From the NCBI GenBank assembly GCA_934129945.1, contig CAKOXC010000002.1, positions 157,664 to 221,663 of the forward strand: a DNA stretch of 64,000 nucleotides, given 5' to 3'. The notes under the pieces were generated by a model that was not told where the DNA came from, did not search any database, and was given only the letters and a program-made list of their open reading frames with translations. Within the stretch, counting starts at the first letter, position 1. Every line of letters starts with the position of its first letter. Origin of the DNA: an uncultured Bacilli bacterium (lineage in GTDB: Bacteria; Bacillota_I; Bacilli_A; RF39; UBA660). The position numbers and the translations under genes were made by a program. Positions 54,895 through 64,000 of the stretch are shown here, piece by piece.

Positions 54895-57789
54895 TCAATA
54901 TCTATTAGTAATATTTACCTGATACTTGTCAATTCTTTTAACTACTCTACCTTTAATTATAACAACCTCATTCTTTTTATATTCATCAATAGTATTAAAT
55001 AAATTTGCAAATAAGATAAAAGACATTTTACCAGTTTCATCTGATGCATCAATAAATGCCATATCCTTTTGTTCTTTAGTTTTTATGATTTTTACTTTAT
55101 CAATTAAAACAGCAAATTTAACAACACGATTATAATATTTTGCTATATCTTTTATTTTAACTATCGAAGGTTCATTATACTTACTTGCTGGATGATTAGT
55201 TATATAAAAGCCATAATTCTCTAACTCATAAATTCTTTTCTCCTCATCACTAAAATCAGGATAATCTTTTAAAACTGGTTTTTCTACTAGACTTTCGTCT
55301 AAGTCATTAATTAACGACACATAATTTACTACAATTTCTAAATTATTTAATAAAGTATTTGCATTTTTTTCTATATTTTTAAAAGCATCAGCACAAATTA
55401 AAGTTTTAATATTTTCATTATCAATTTCATTATAATTCTTTTTTACAAAATCTATAAAATCAACATATCCATCTTTTCTATTTTTTATAATTGCCTCAAT
55501 TACATTTTTATTTAATTTTTTTAAAACTCCAAAAGGCATAACTAATTCATTATTTTCTATTATATATTTATCTTGACTTTTATTAATATCGACAGTAGTT
55601 ACTTTACAATCAAAAGCTTTAGAAAAAGAAATTAATTCCTTAGTTTTATTAGCTATTCCAATTACATCATTTAAAAGTTCACTATAAAAATAATTAGGAT
55701 AATAAGTTTTTAAGTAAGCCATTTGATAAGCAATTAATGCATAAGCTACAGAATGAGATTTATTAAAACCATAATCAGCAAATTTTAATATTAATTCATA
55801 AATTTTTATAGCAAGTTCTAATTTATAACCTCTATCAACTGCTCTTTTAAGAAAAACTTCTTTTTCTTTCTCAATGATTTCTTTTTTCTTTTTACTCATA
55901 GCTCTTCTGATATTATCAGACTCTGCATAAGTATATCCACCAATTTTAACAAGTATTTGCATTATTTGTTCTTGATAAACAATTATACCAAAAGTCTCAT
56001 TTAAAATACTTTTTAAATCTTCATGAAGATATTCTATTTTTTCTTGATTATGTTTTCTTCTAATAAATGAATCAATATTTTGCATTGGCCCAGGTCTATA
56101 AAGTGCAATAGCACTTGTTAAATCTAAAAAATTATTAGGTTTTAGTTTTTTTAAAAATTGACGCATTCCATAACTTTCAAATTGAAATATTCCATCAGTA
56201 TTTCCCATTGAAAATACTTGAAATACTTTTTCATCGTTAAAATTTATTTTATTTAAATTTATTTTATTTAAATTTATTTTAATTTCTTTATCTTTTTTTA
56301 TAGTTTCTAATATATTAGCAATAGTTGTAAGATTTTTAACTGCTAAAAAATCCATTTTTAAAAATCCCATATTTTCTAGGTAATCTTTAGTTACACCAGT
56401 AAACATTTCATCATTTAAAGTACACATAGGTATTAATGTTTCGAGGCTTTGACTACAAATTACTACTCCTGCAGCATTTGCTGAAATATTTCTTTTTAAA
56501 TTTTCTAGTTTCATACTTATCTTATAAGCTTTTGTAATTTCTTGATATCTTTTAACATACTCTAACACAGTAGGATTTTCTAGATTCTCTTTCAAGGTCT
56601 TTTTAGCATCTATAAAAGACATAAATTTTTCCAGTAAACTATTATCAATTTCTAAACATTTTGCAATACTTCTAAGTACTAATCTTGATTTTAATGATCC
56701 AAAAGTCATAATACCTGCTACTTTATCTTTACCATATTTATTTTTTACATAATTGATAACTAAGTCTCTCTTGTTATTTTCAAAGTCTATATCTATATCT
56801 GGCATTGTAACACGTTCAGGATTTAAAAATCTTTCAAATAGTAAATTATATTTAATCGGGTCAATATCTGTTATACCTAATGTATAACTTACTAAACTAC
56901 CCGCAGCACTGCCTCTTCCTACACCAACTAAAATACCATTTTTTTTAGCATATAAAACATAATCATAAACTATTAAAAAATAGTCAACAAAGCCCATTTT
57001 TTTTATTACGCTTAACTCATAATCTAGTCTTTCTTGATATTCTTTGGTAATATTACCATCTAATCTTTTGTTTAACCCTTTTTGAGTTAAATTCTTTAAA
57101 TGAGCATAAGAATCTTCACAATCGTATTTGGGAATATAATTTTTATCATTATGTATTTCAATATTTATTTCATCAACAAAATCTTTAGTATCGTCTTTAT
57201 CAGAAGTATTATAAGCATTTGTTTGATAATCAATAAATTGAAAATTAGATATACTAGTATTATTTTTAATCATATTTAAATAATTTAAATACTTAGCATC
57301 TTCTACATTCAATGATTTTATATCTCTTAAAAAAATAACTTTGTCATTAATTAATGAAGCATTTTTATATTCTATTTCATTTTTATATCCAATATAAATT
57401 GTTTTAAAAATATTTTTTACTTCTTTAAATAATTCTATACTGTTATAAGGAATAATTAAAATAAGATTGTCACTAAGATTTTCTAAATCAAACAAAGAAA
57501 TTTCTCTTTGTTGCGCTATAGTATTTAATTTTATTAAATTTTGATAACCACTATAATTTTTGGCATATAAATATAATTTTAAATTTGTTACTTTTATTTC
57601 TAAACCAATTAAAGGTTTTATATTATTCTTAAGGCATTTTTCATAAAATTCTATTACTCCAAAAAGATTATTATCACACATTCCACATGCTGAAATATTA
57701 TTTTCTTTACAAAAGCTCATTAATTCATCTATTTTTATCATACTTTCTAAAAGAGAATATTCTGTAGTAACTTTAATTAATGATTTCAT
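54895..57789 (-). CDS. dnaE: DNA polymerase III alpha subunit, DnaE type (short, about 964 aa)
   Basis: MPDIDIDF, GRGSAAGS, GIFQFES, ALYRPGP and FNKSHS motifs. The ATG at 57789 follows an AAGGTGA SD. Confidence 0.92.
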   Translation of the reverse strand: MKSLIKVTTEYSLLESMIKIDELMSFCKENNISACGMCDNNLFGVIEFYEKCLKNNIKPLIGLEIKVTNLKLYLYAKNYSGYQNLIKLNTIAQQREISLFDLENLSDNLILIIPYNSIELFKEVKNIFKTIYIGYKNEIEYKNASLINDKVIFLRDIKSLNVEDAKYLNYLNMIKNNTSISNFQFIDYQTNAYNTSDKDDTKDFVDEINIEIHNDKNYIPKYDCEDSYAHLKNLTQKGLNKRLDGNITKEYQERLDYELSVIKKMGFVDYFLIVYDYVLYAKKNGILVGVGRGSAAGSLVSYTLGITDIDPIKYNLLFERFLNPERVTMPDIDIDFENNKRDLVINYVKNKYGKDKVAGIMTFGSLKSRLVLRSIAKCLEIDNSLLEKFMSFIDAKKTLKENLENPTVLEYVKRYQEITKAYKISMKLENLKRNISANAAGVVICSQSLETLIPMCTLNDEMFTGVTKDYLENMGFLKMDFLAVKNLTTIANILETIKKDKEIKINLNKINLNKINFNDEKVFQVFSMGNTDGIFQFESYGMRQFLKKLKPNNFLDLTSAIALYRPGPMQNIDSFIRRKHNQEKIEYLHEDLKSILNETFGIIVYQEQIMQILVKIGGYTYAESDNIRRAMSKKKKEIIEKEKEVFLKRAVDRGYKLELAIKIYELILKFADYGFNKSHSVAYALIAYQMAYLKTYYPNYFYSELLNDVIGIANKTKELISFSKAFDCKVTTVDINKSQDKYIIENNELVMPFGVLKKLNKNVIEAIIKNRKDGYVDFIDFVKKNYNEIDNENIKTLICADAFKNIEKNANTLLNNLEIVVNYVSLINDLDESLVEKPVLKDYPDFSDEEKRIYELENYGFYITNHPASKYNEPSIVKIKDIAKYYNRVVKFAVLIDKVKIIKTKEQKDMAFIDASDETGKMSFILFANLFNTIDEYKKNEVVIIKGRVVKRIDKYQVNITNRY
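56241..56285 (-). repeat. 3 x 15-bp perfect/near-perfect tandem repeat inside dnaE
   Basis: AATTTATTTTATTTA occurs twice, then AATTTATTTTAATTT. This encodes INLNK-INLNK-INFND just before the conserved GIFQFES block. Confidence 0.85.
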
Positions 57790-57914
57790 GATTTTCACCT
57801 TCATTCTTTAATATAAATTTAATTTTTTCTTACTTTCATTTTATCACAAAAACTTTATGTATTCATAATTATTACGTATATCTATGAAAAAAACTGGCTA
57901 TTGTTAGTCAGTAA

Positions 57915-58520
57915 TTATATTTTATCATTTTTAGCATACATGCATCCACAATAATCTTGACGATATAAATTATATTCTTTGGCAAGTTCGATACTTCTTT
58001 TGTAACCTTCTTCTTTTTTAAAATCAGAATATAAAAAATTGATATTATGAATTTTACTAATTTTTTCACCAATTTCATTAATTGTTTTACTATGTTTATA
58101 AGGACTTACAGTTAAAGTTGTTCCAAAGAAATCATATCCTAGTTTTTTTGCTAGTGTTGCAGTATGTTCCATTCTTAAAAAGTAACAGACATTACACCTA
58201 GCTCCGCCTTCTTTTTCATGTTCTAATCCCTTTACTTTTTCATGATAAATATCATTATCATAATCACAATCTAAAAAATCTAATTTATTAATTGATTTAT
58301 ATTTTTTGATAAAATCTATTTGATTTTGCTTTCTTTTTTCATACTCTTCTTTTGGTTCTATATTGGGATTATAATATAATACAGTAATATCAAAGTATGG
58401 AGTTAGTCTTTCAATGCAACTGGTAGAACATGGACCACAACAACTATGGAGTAAAATCTTTTTTCTACCAGTAAGATTATTAATAATTTCTTTCATTTTT
58501 TTATTATAATTTTCATTCAT
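57915..58520 (-). CDS. queH: epoxyqueuosine reductase QueH (DUF208)
   Basis: LLHSCCGPCS and CNVCYFLR...YCGC Cys motifs. The ATG at 58520 overlaps the divIB stop (ATGAATGA). Confidence 0.85.
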   Translation of the reverse strand: MNENYNKKMKEIINNLTGRKKILLHSCCGPCSTSCIERLTPYFDITVLYYNPNIEPKEEYEKRKQNQIDFIKKYKSINKLDFLDCDYDNDIYHEKVKGLEHEKEGGARCNVCYFLRMEHTATLAKKLGYDFFGTTLTVSPYKHSKTINEIGEKISKIHNINFLYSDFKKEEGYKRSIELAKEYNLYRQDYCGCMYAKNDKI

Positions 58521-59256
58521 TGCTATCACTATTTTCTTTTTCTTTATTTAATGATTCATAAGATTTAAAGTAAATATTTTCATTACTTGAAGAATCTAGG
58601 TATATTATACCAGCAACATTATTTAATGTTGCATAAATAGACTGGTATTTATTTAAATTTTTAATATTTATTAAATTAATATATACTGTATTTCCGTCAT
58701 TCATTCTTAATATAAATCTTGTATCATCAATTATTTTATCATTACTTTTACTAATCGAGTACTCTATTTCACTAATACTTTTTAAAATATCATCATCAAT
58801 TTTATCTAAAGATGTTATTAATTTTTTATAAATATTTTTAGGAACATAATTAATAAGTGAAGCATAACCATAAGAATTATCTTCAGCTATCTCTTTGCCA
58901 TTAGATAAAACCAATTTGTTGTTATTTCTATTATAAAATAAAATATTAGCTTCTTTAATATCAATTGTTAACTTTCCGAAAATATTTCTTTTTATTTTTA
59001 CATCATCAACGTAATTTAATTTTTTTATATTTTTTTTCATTTTACTAGAATTTAATTTTATTATTGAAGGATAATTTTTTATTCCAGCGGCATGAATTAT
59101 TTCATTATCGCTTAAATTAGTTGTACCCGTTATATAAATATTTTTTATTGGCATAGATAAAAAGTAATAAATAACCATGCAAAATAAGTATATTATTAAA
59201 ATACACACAATTAATGCTTTAATATTTAATTTCCTTTTTATCTTTTTTTTTGCCAT
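58513..59256 (-). CDS. divIB: cell division protein DivIB/FtsQ
   Basis: Basic N-terminus, one TM helix, then a POTRA-like segment (IKNIYITGTTNLSDNEIIHAAGI). Position after murB. Confidence 0.8.
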   Translation of the reverse strand: MAKKKIKRKLNIKALIVCILIIYLFCMVIYYFLSMPIKNIYITGTTNLSDNEIIHAAGIKNYPSIIKLNSSKMKKNIKKLNYVDDVKIKRNIFGKLTIDIKEANILFYNRNNNKLVLSNGKEIAEDNSYGYASLINYVPKNIYKKLITSLDKIDDDILKSISEIEYSISKSNDKIIDDTRFILRMNDGNTVYINLINIKNLNKYQSIYATLNNVAGIIYLDSSSNENIYFKSYESLNKEKENSDSNE

Positions 59257-59259
59257 AAA

Positions 59260-60126
59260 TTACTCCCATGTTATAATTTCTTGTTCTAATATAAGATCAA
59301 TATTATAATTATTTAAAACTTGTTCGTGAATTAATTTTATCAAATTTTTAATATCATTACTAGTGGCATTATTTTCATTAATGATAAAATTAGCATGTTT
59401 ATCACTTACTTTAGCTCCACCAATTGTTTTTCCTTTTAAATTAAGGTTTTCAATTAAAGCACCAGCATAATTATTTAAAGGATTTCTAAAAACACTTCCT
59501 GCGGAAGGATATTCAAGTGGTTGGGTAAGTTTTCTTTTCTCACATCTTTTATCAATAATTTTTAATAGTTCTTCTTTATTACCGTTTTCTAGTTCAAATA
59601 CACAAGAAATAATTACATATTTTTTAGTATGTTTAAAAATAGAATCTCGATACTTAAAATCACAATCTTGTTTTTGTAGAGTTGCAATTTCACCATCTTC
59701 ATTTAAAGCTCTTATTTCTTTTAAGTAATTACTAATTTCTGCATTATAAGCTCCGGCATTATTATAAATAGATCCACCAATAGTACCAGGAATACTAATT
59801 AAACTTTCAAGTCCTTTTAACGATGATTTTATAGTCATATTTGCAATTAAAGGTAACATTACCCCACATTCACAGTAGACTTCATTATCCTTAATATTAT
59901 ATTTATTTAACCTTTTTAAATTAATTATTGCTCCATCAAAATAATTATCATCAACTATGATATTAGAACCATTACCAATTATAAAATATTTAATATTTTC
60001 TTTTTTTAATTTTTTTAATAAATCTATTAATTCGATTTCATTTTCAGGAAAATACATAGTTTTCACTATACCACCAGTTTTATAAGTAGTATAATTTTTC
60101 ATACTAACATCATTTAAAATTTTCAT
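59260..60126 (-). CDS. murB: UDP-N-acetylenolpyruvoylglucosamine reductase
   Basis: YTTYKTGG, IIGNGSNI and GAKVSDKHANFIIN motifs. Confidence 0.92.
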   Translation of the reverse strand: MKILNDVSMKNYTTYKTGGIVKTMYFPENEIELIDLLKKLKKENIKYFIIGNGSNIIVDDNYFDGAIINLKRLNKYNIKDNEVYCECGVMLPLIANMTIKSSLKGLESLISIPGTIGGSIYNNAGAYNAEISNYLKEIRALNEDGEIATLQKQDCDFKYRDSIFKHTKKYVIISCVFELENGNKEELLKIIDKRCEKRKLTQPLEYPSAGSVFRNPLNNYAGALIENLNLKGKTIGGAKVSDKHANFIINENNATSNDIKNLIKLIHEQVLNNYNIDLILEQEIITWE

Positions 60127-61202
60127 TAAATTATTTCCTTAATTGCTTTATAAATTTTATCAGTGCTATTATTTACATCAAATTTTTCTAAATTTTTAAT
60201 CATATCATTTCTATATTTAGAGTCATTTAATAATTTATCAACATTTTCACTTAAAATATCCCCGGTTAAATTATTTTCTTCAAGCATTATACAAGCTTTT
60301 TTTTCATATATATCTTTAGCATTATAATATTGATGATTATTTGCTACATTTGGTGATGGTATTATTATAGATGGAATTTTTAGTGCTATTATTTCATTTA
60401 AAGAACCAGATCCAGCTCTTGAAATAACAACATCAGTATTTTTTAAAAGTCCAATTAAATTGTCATAAAACGGTAAGATTTTAACATTACTAGGTAGTGA
60501 TTTTTGATCAACTCTATCATAAACTCTCTTACCAGTTATATATAATAATTGATAGTTTTTATTATTTACTTTATTTGCATAATCTATTATTTTAGAATTT
60601 AAAGATGTACTTCCAAGACTTCCTAAAACTACTAAAACTAGTTTTTTCTTCGGATCAAGTCCAAGAGATTCTAAAGAAACACTTTTCGCAAGTTTTGCTT
60701 CATCACTTCGAGGATGTCCTGTAAATATAACGTTATCTTTATTTTTAAAATATTCTTTCGTTTTTTCAAAAGTTACACCTACTATATCAGCATATCTAGC
60801 TAAAATTTTATTAGACTTACCAGGTATACTGTTTTGTTCATGAATAAATGTTTTTATTTTTAATTTATGTGCAGCTTTAATAACGGGAAATGTTACATAC
60901 CCGCCAAATCCAATGACTACATCTGGTTTAAAGTCTTTCATTATTTTAAGGCACTTTTTATAAGATTTTCTAATCAAAATAATATCTTCAATGTCTTTTT
61001 TGATGTTTTTAGTTAAGCCATAAATTTCTAATGCTTCGTATTTAATACCTCGATTTGGTACTATATCTTTTTCCATTCTATTATGGGTTCCAATATATAA
61101 TACTTCTAAGTTTTTTTCTTCTTTCTTAAATTTTTCAATTATACTTAATGCTGGATAAATATGTCCTCCAGTACCCCCAGCTGTTACTATTATTCTCATC
61201 AT
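60126..61202 (-). CDS. murG: undecaprenyl-PP-MurNAc-pentapeptide GlcNAc transferase
   Basis: GGTGGHIYPAL N-terminus, SRAGSGSLNE and NHQYYNA motifs. The stop overlaps the murB start (TAATG). Confidence 0.92.
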   Translation of the reverse strand: MMRIIVTAGGTGGHIYPALSIIEKFKKEEKNLEVLYIGTHNRMEKDIVPNRGIKYEALEIYGLTKNIKKDIEDIILIRKSYKKCLKIMKDFKPDVVIGFGGYVTFPVIKAAHKLKIKTFIHEQNSIPGKSNKILARYADIVGVTFEKTKEYFKNKDNVIFTGHPRSDEAKLAKSVSLESLGLDPKKKLVLVVLGSLGSTSLNSKIIDYANKVNNKNYQLLYITGKRVYDRVDQKSLPSNVKILPFYDNLIGLLKNTDVVISRAGSGSLNEIIALKIPSIIIPSPNVANNHQYYNAKDIYEKKACIMLEENNLTGDILSENVDKLLNDSKYRNDMIKNLEKFDVNNSTDKIYKAIKEII

Positions 61203-61286
61203 ATCACCTACTACAATTATACTATAAAAATTATAATATATATTATTTTTTTAAAATTTTACGTAAAGAAAAAGCCCTTTTAAGGC

Positions 61287-62066
61287 TTACATATCTTTAT
61301 AATTTATTGTCTTTTCAATTACTGATTTTATGTCTCTTTCATTAAATGGTTTAGCAAGTAAATCTACGATATCATAAGTAAATGCTCTATCAATAGTTTC
61401 TTTTTCTTCCGCACCACTAATAATTGATACAGGTACTTTTTTAAATAAATTATTTTGTTTAAAATATTCAAGTACATCAAATCCATTAACATTTGGCATA
61501 TTTAAATCAAGTAACATCGCAGCAATATCATCTGTATTTTCATTTATAATATTTAAAGCTACTTGACCGTCTGTTGCCATAACAACTTCATAGCTATCAG
61601 CAAATATTTTTTCAATAAAATTACGAATTAAATTTGAATCATCAACAACTAATATTTTTTTATCTTTAATAATTTTAGGCCTTTCAGCCACTACTGATTG
61701 AACATAATCTTTACCTAAATATTGTTTTACTACATTGATAATTCTGTTAGCTTCTTTTATTAAAGCTTCATAATTATTAGCAACAAAATAAATATTATTA
61801 GCTTTTCCTTCCATTTCATGTTGGTAAGCTAAATCGGCAAGTCTTGTAAATCCTAAATATCTTGCATCACTTTTTATTGAGTGAGCAAAAACGGCATAAT
61901 TAGCCATATCACCAACTTCTTTGTAGCTTTTTAAATCAGCTAATTTACCATAAATACCAGCTAAAAAATCTTCTAATGTTGCATCATAAGTTTCCATGTC
62001 CCCTAAAAGTTCTAAAGATTTTTGAACATCTATTCCATTTCCATAAAGCAATGAAACATCTTTCAT
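61287..62066 (-). CDS. HPt-receiver hybrid two-component protein
   Basis: N-terminal HPt motif FAHSIKSDARYLGF. C-terminal receiver with ILVVDDS, LLDLNMPNVNG and AKPF. Confidence 0.82.
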   Translation of the reverse strand: MKDVSLLYGNGIDVQKSLELLGDMETYDATLEDFLAGIYGKLADLKSYKEVGDMANYAVFAHSIKSDARYLGFTRLADLAYQHEMEGKANNIYFVANNYEALIKEANRIINVVKQYLGKDYVQSVVAERPKIIKDKKILVVDDSNLIRNFIEKIFADSYEVVMATDGQVALNIINENTDDIAAMLLDLNMPNVNGFDVLEYFKQNNLFKKVPVSIISGAEEKETIDRAFTYDIVDLLAKPFNERDIKSVIEKTINYKDM

Positions 62067-62153
62067 ATTTCCACATCCTATTCTTAACTATATTCTATCA
62101 CAATAAAATATTATTTAGTTAAAAATTTGATTTTTTGACACTTTGTTTACTAT

Positions 62154-62894
62154 TTACTTTAATAATCTTTTTTTCATTACATCTAAATTTTCATAAGCCT
62201 CTTCAAAATTAACTGGGCAATTATATCTTACATCACTTCCAAGTAATGAATTAATTAAATTAAACATAAATGTAATTCTTTCAAAGATCAAATTATTATA
62301 ACTAGGATCATCAAATTTTATTTGATAATACTCAAAATCAATTAATTTTACATCGTTGTTATTAACCATAAAATTCTTAGGATGAATATCAGCATAATAT
62401 ATTCCATTTTGACATAGTTCTTCAATTATTTGTAAACATTTATTATAAATATCTACTAAATGACTAACATTTGCTATATTTTCTCTGAAATTATATAAAG
62501 TTTCATAGTCATCATAAAAAGGTATTTCTTGTCCAAATATATAATTTTCGCGAGTAAGAACACCAGTTGGAAACTCAGTTAATTTTATGTTACTTTGTCT
62601 ATCTTGTAATTTACTTATAAGAATTTCATCCTTTTCACCATTAAATTTATATTCCGCATATTTTCTATAAACTCTAAGTGCTTTATTTTTATCGTAATGT
62701 GATTGATAAATATAAAATCCATCTGTATCAAAATCCATATCATCACCTTCAAAAAAATTACATTGCTCTCCTCTTGATGTTTCAGTAATATACTTTCCTA
62801 AATTTGTTGCCATTTCTTCTTTTGTAAAAATAACTTCTCTTACATTTGGATAAATGATGCCAGATTTATCTTTATAATAATTTTCTATTTTCAT
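62154..62894 (-). CDS. atypical protein-kinase-like fold protein (APH/Kdo-kinase-like)
   Basis: YYADIHPKNFMVNNNDVKLIDFEY carries the HxDxxxxN catalytic loop and DFx metal loop. No Gly-rich loop recognised. Confidence 0.6.
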   Translation of the reverse strand: MKIENYYKDKSGIIYPNVREVIFTKEEMATNLGKYITETSRGEQCNFFEGDDMDFDTDGFYIYQSHYDKNKALRVYRKYAEYKFNGEKDEILISKLQDRQSNIKLTEFPTGVLTRENYIFGQEIPFYDDYETLYNFRENIANVSHLVDIYNKCLQIIEELCQNGIYYADIHPKNFMVNNNDVKLIDFEYYQIKFDDPSYNNLIFERITFMFNLINSLLGSDVRYNCPVNFEEAYENLDVMKKRLLK

Positions 62895-62952
62895 TAAATT
62901 TTCCCCCTAAATCTTGGAATATCCTATCACATATATATTTAAAAGTCAAAAT

Positions 62953-62986
62953 AAAAAAAAGCATTTACTATGCTTCGTAAATGCTT
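62953..62986 (-). terminator. intrinsic terminator of the rplU-prp-rpmA operon
   Basis: AAGCATTTAC-loop-GTAAATGCTT (10-bp stem) followed on the minus strand by T8. The hairpin includes the last codons of rpmA. Confidence 0.75.
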
Positions 62987-63252
62987 ACTTTCTTTTTATC
63001 TCTGCCTAATCTTTCGAATTTAACAACTCCATCGATTTTAGCAAATAATGTATGATCTTTTCCCATTCCAACATTTGTTCCAGGATAAATTTTTGTTCCT
63101 CTTTGACGATATAAAATAGAACCAGCACTAACAAATTGTCCGTCAGCTGCTTTAGCACCTAATCTACGTCCAGCTGAATCTCTACCATTACGTGTAGAAC
63201 CTTGAGCTTTAACGTGAGCAAATAATTGGATGTTAAGTAACATATTCTTCAT
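62968..63252 (-). CDS. rpmA: 50S ribosomal protein L27 with a cleavable N-terminal extension
   Basis: [26 protein letters not shown]. The Firmicute-type pro-sequence ends in F-A, and the cognate Prp protease gene is directly upstream. Confidence 0.93.
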   Translation of the reverse strand: MKNMLLNIQLFAHVKAQGSTRNGRDSAGRRLGAKAADGQFVSAGSILYRQRGTKIYPGTNVGMGKDHTLFAKIDGVVKFERLGRDKKKVSIYEA

Positions 63253-63254
63253 AT

Positions 63255-63551
63255 TTATTCATCCTCTCTTACTTTAATATTTTTAGGATAATTATTACTC
63301 AATTCTTTTAATAAATTAATCATATTGTTTATAAGTTTTATAATTATCTCATCTTGTTTTAATAATTCTATAGTTAAAATATCTTTTTCTTCTTTATATA
63401 TTACAGCATCTCTATCAATTTCTAATATTGCATTTACTGTAGTTATAACTATTGAAGATACACTTGCACAAACTATATCTTTTCCATAATCATCATAATC
63501 TGCATGACCTTTAATGATTATTTTATTTTGTTCTCTATATACTTTAATCAT
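63255..63551 (-). CDS. prp: ribosomal-processing cysteine protease Prp
   Basis: 98 aa located between rplU and rpmA. GHADYD...DIVCASVSS carries the His/Cys dyad. Confidence 0.85.
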   Translation of the reverse strand: MIKVYREQNKIIIKGHADYDDYGKDIVCASVSSIVITTVNAILEIDRDAVIYKEEKDILTIELLKQDEIIIKLINNMINLLKELSNNYPKNIKVREDE

Positions 63552-63553
63552 AA

Positions 63554-63856
63554 TTATTTAACTTCAATTTTTTTAATAGTTAATTTAGTATATGGTTGTC
63601 TGTGTCCTTGTTTTAAACGATATTTCTTTTTAGGTTTATATTTGAAAACAATTATCTTCTTTTGTTTTCCGTGTTTTTCAACAGTAGCTACAACTTTAGC
63701 TCCTTTTACAGTTGGTTCTCCAACTTTTCCATCAACCATTAAAACATCAGTAAATTCAACATCACTTCCAGCTTCTTTATCTAATTTTTCAACATAGATA
63801 ACATCGCCTTCTTGAACATAATATTGTTTTCCACCAGTTACAAATATAGCTTTCAT
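63554..63856 (-). CDS. rplU: 50S ribosomal protein L21
   Basis: [25 protein letters not shown]...[21 protein letters not shown]. Confidence 0.95.
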   Translation of the reverse strand: MKAIFVTGGKQYYVQEGDVIYVEKLDKEAGSDVEFTDVLMVDGKVGEPTVKGAKVVATVEKHGKQKKIIVFKYKPKKKYRLKQGHRQPYTKLTIKKIEVK

Positions 63857-63991
63857 TTCTTTACCTCCTTTAAAATTTTAAGACTCGCCTATAAAGGTAC
63901 TAATAAATAGATTTTTAACCTGTTAAGTGCGGTTTGAAAAGAAAGCCCTTTCAAACGTTAAAATCATATCAAAAATATGTACTTTTGTCAA
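63857..63991 (-). promoter_or_regulatory. rplU promoter plus ~100-nt structured leader (position of the Firmicute L21 leader)
   Basis: TTGACA (63986-63991), 17-nt spacer, TATGAT (63963-63968). The leader contains hairpin GTTTGAAA-loop-TTTCAAAC (63932-63956) and ends at an AAAGGAGG SD. Confidence 0.5.
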
Positions 63992-64000
63992 ATTTTTTCC

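Noticed and set aside
56241-56285. Tandem repeats here and in the giant gene as possible CRISPR arrays
   Set aside because: The units are contiguous with no unique spacers, they lie inside intact reading frames, and no cas genes are present.

Overview
Low-GC Bacillota (Firmicutes)-type chromosomal segment read with the standard genetic code. About 60 genes are tightly packed, almost all on the minus strand; only rpmB, a 289-aa hypothetical, a phosphohexomutase and an FtsW/RodA gene are on plus. The content is mostly housekeeping. In transcription order (high to low coordinates):
- rplU-prp-rpmA
- an atypical kinase-like gene and an HPt-receiver hybrid
- murG-murB-divIB-queH
- dnaE
- pssA-psd plus lipid-related genes
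- yceD-rpmF
- mraZ-rsmH-ftsL-pbpB
- sufC-sufD(short)-sufS-sufU
- a flavoprotein trio
- T-box-controlled type-2-like ileS
- nfeD-SPFH
- priA-fmt-rlmN-stp-pknB-rsgA-rpe, with rpmB opposite

Lineage-specific surface and secreted genes sit between these blocks:
- a 2347-aa N-terminally anchored Ig-repeat protein with a Cys-rich tail
- two tandem pairs of mosaic paralogs sharing one signal-anchor
- WG-like repeat membrane proteins
- small proteins with a TasA-like N-terminal module

No rRNA, tRNA, CRISPR, transposase or phage genes were seen.

The most unusual signal is a ~350-bp intergenic module present twice (16260-16617 and 34781-35128). It has convergent promoters, a ~90-nt terminated plus-strand RNA and permuted inverted-repeat blocks. 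It also carries a hidden SD-preceded 30-codon hydrophobic ORF on the minus strand, intact in one copy and nonsense-mutated in the other. The layout resembles 3'-overlapping type I toxin-antitoxin loci, but I cannot assign it to any named family. A second notable item is an A8 slippery run that splits one sigma-region-4-like HTH unit between two adjacent ORFs (49516-50454 and 48335-49540). All calls rest on reading motifs by eye; no searches were run.
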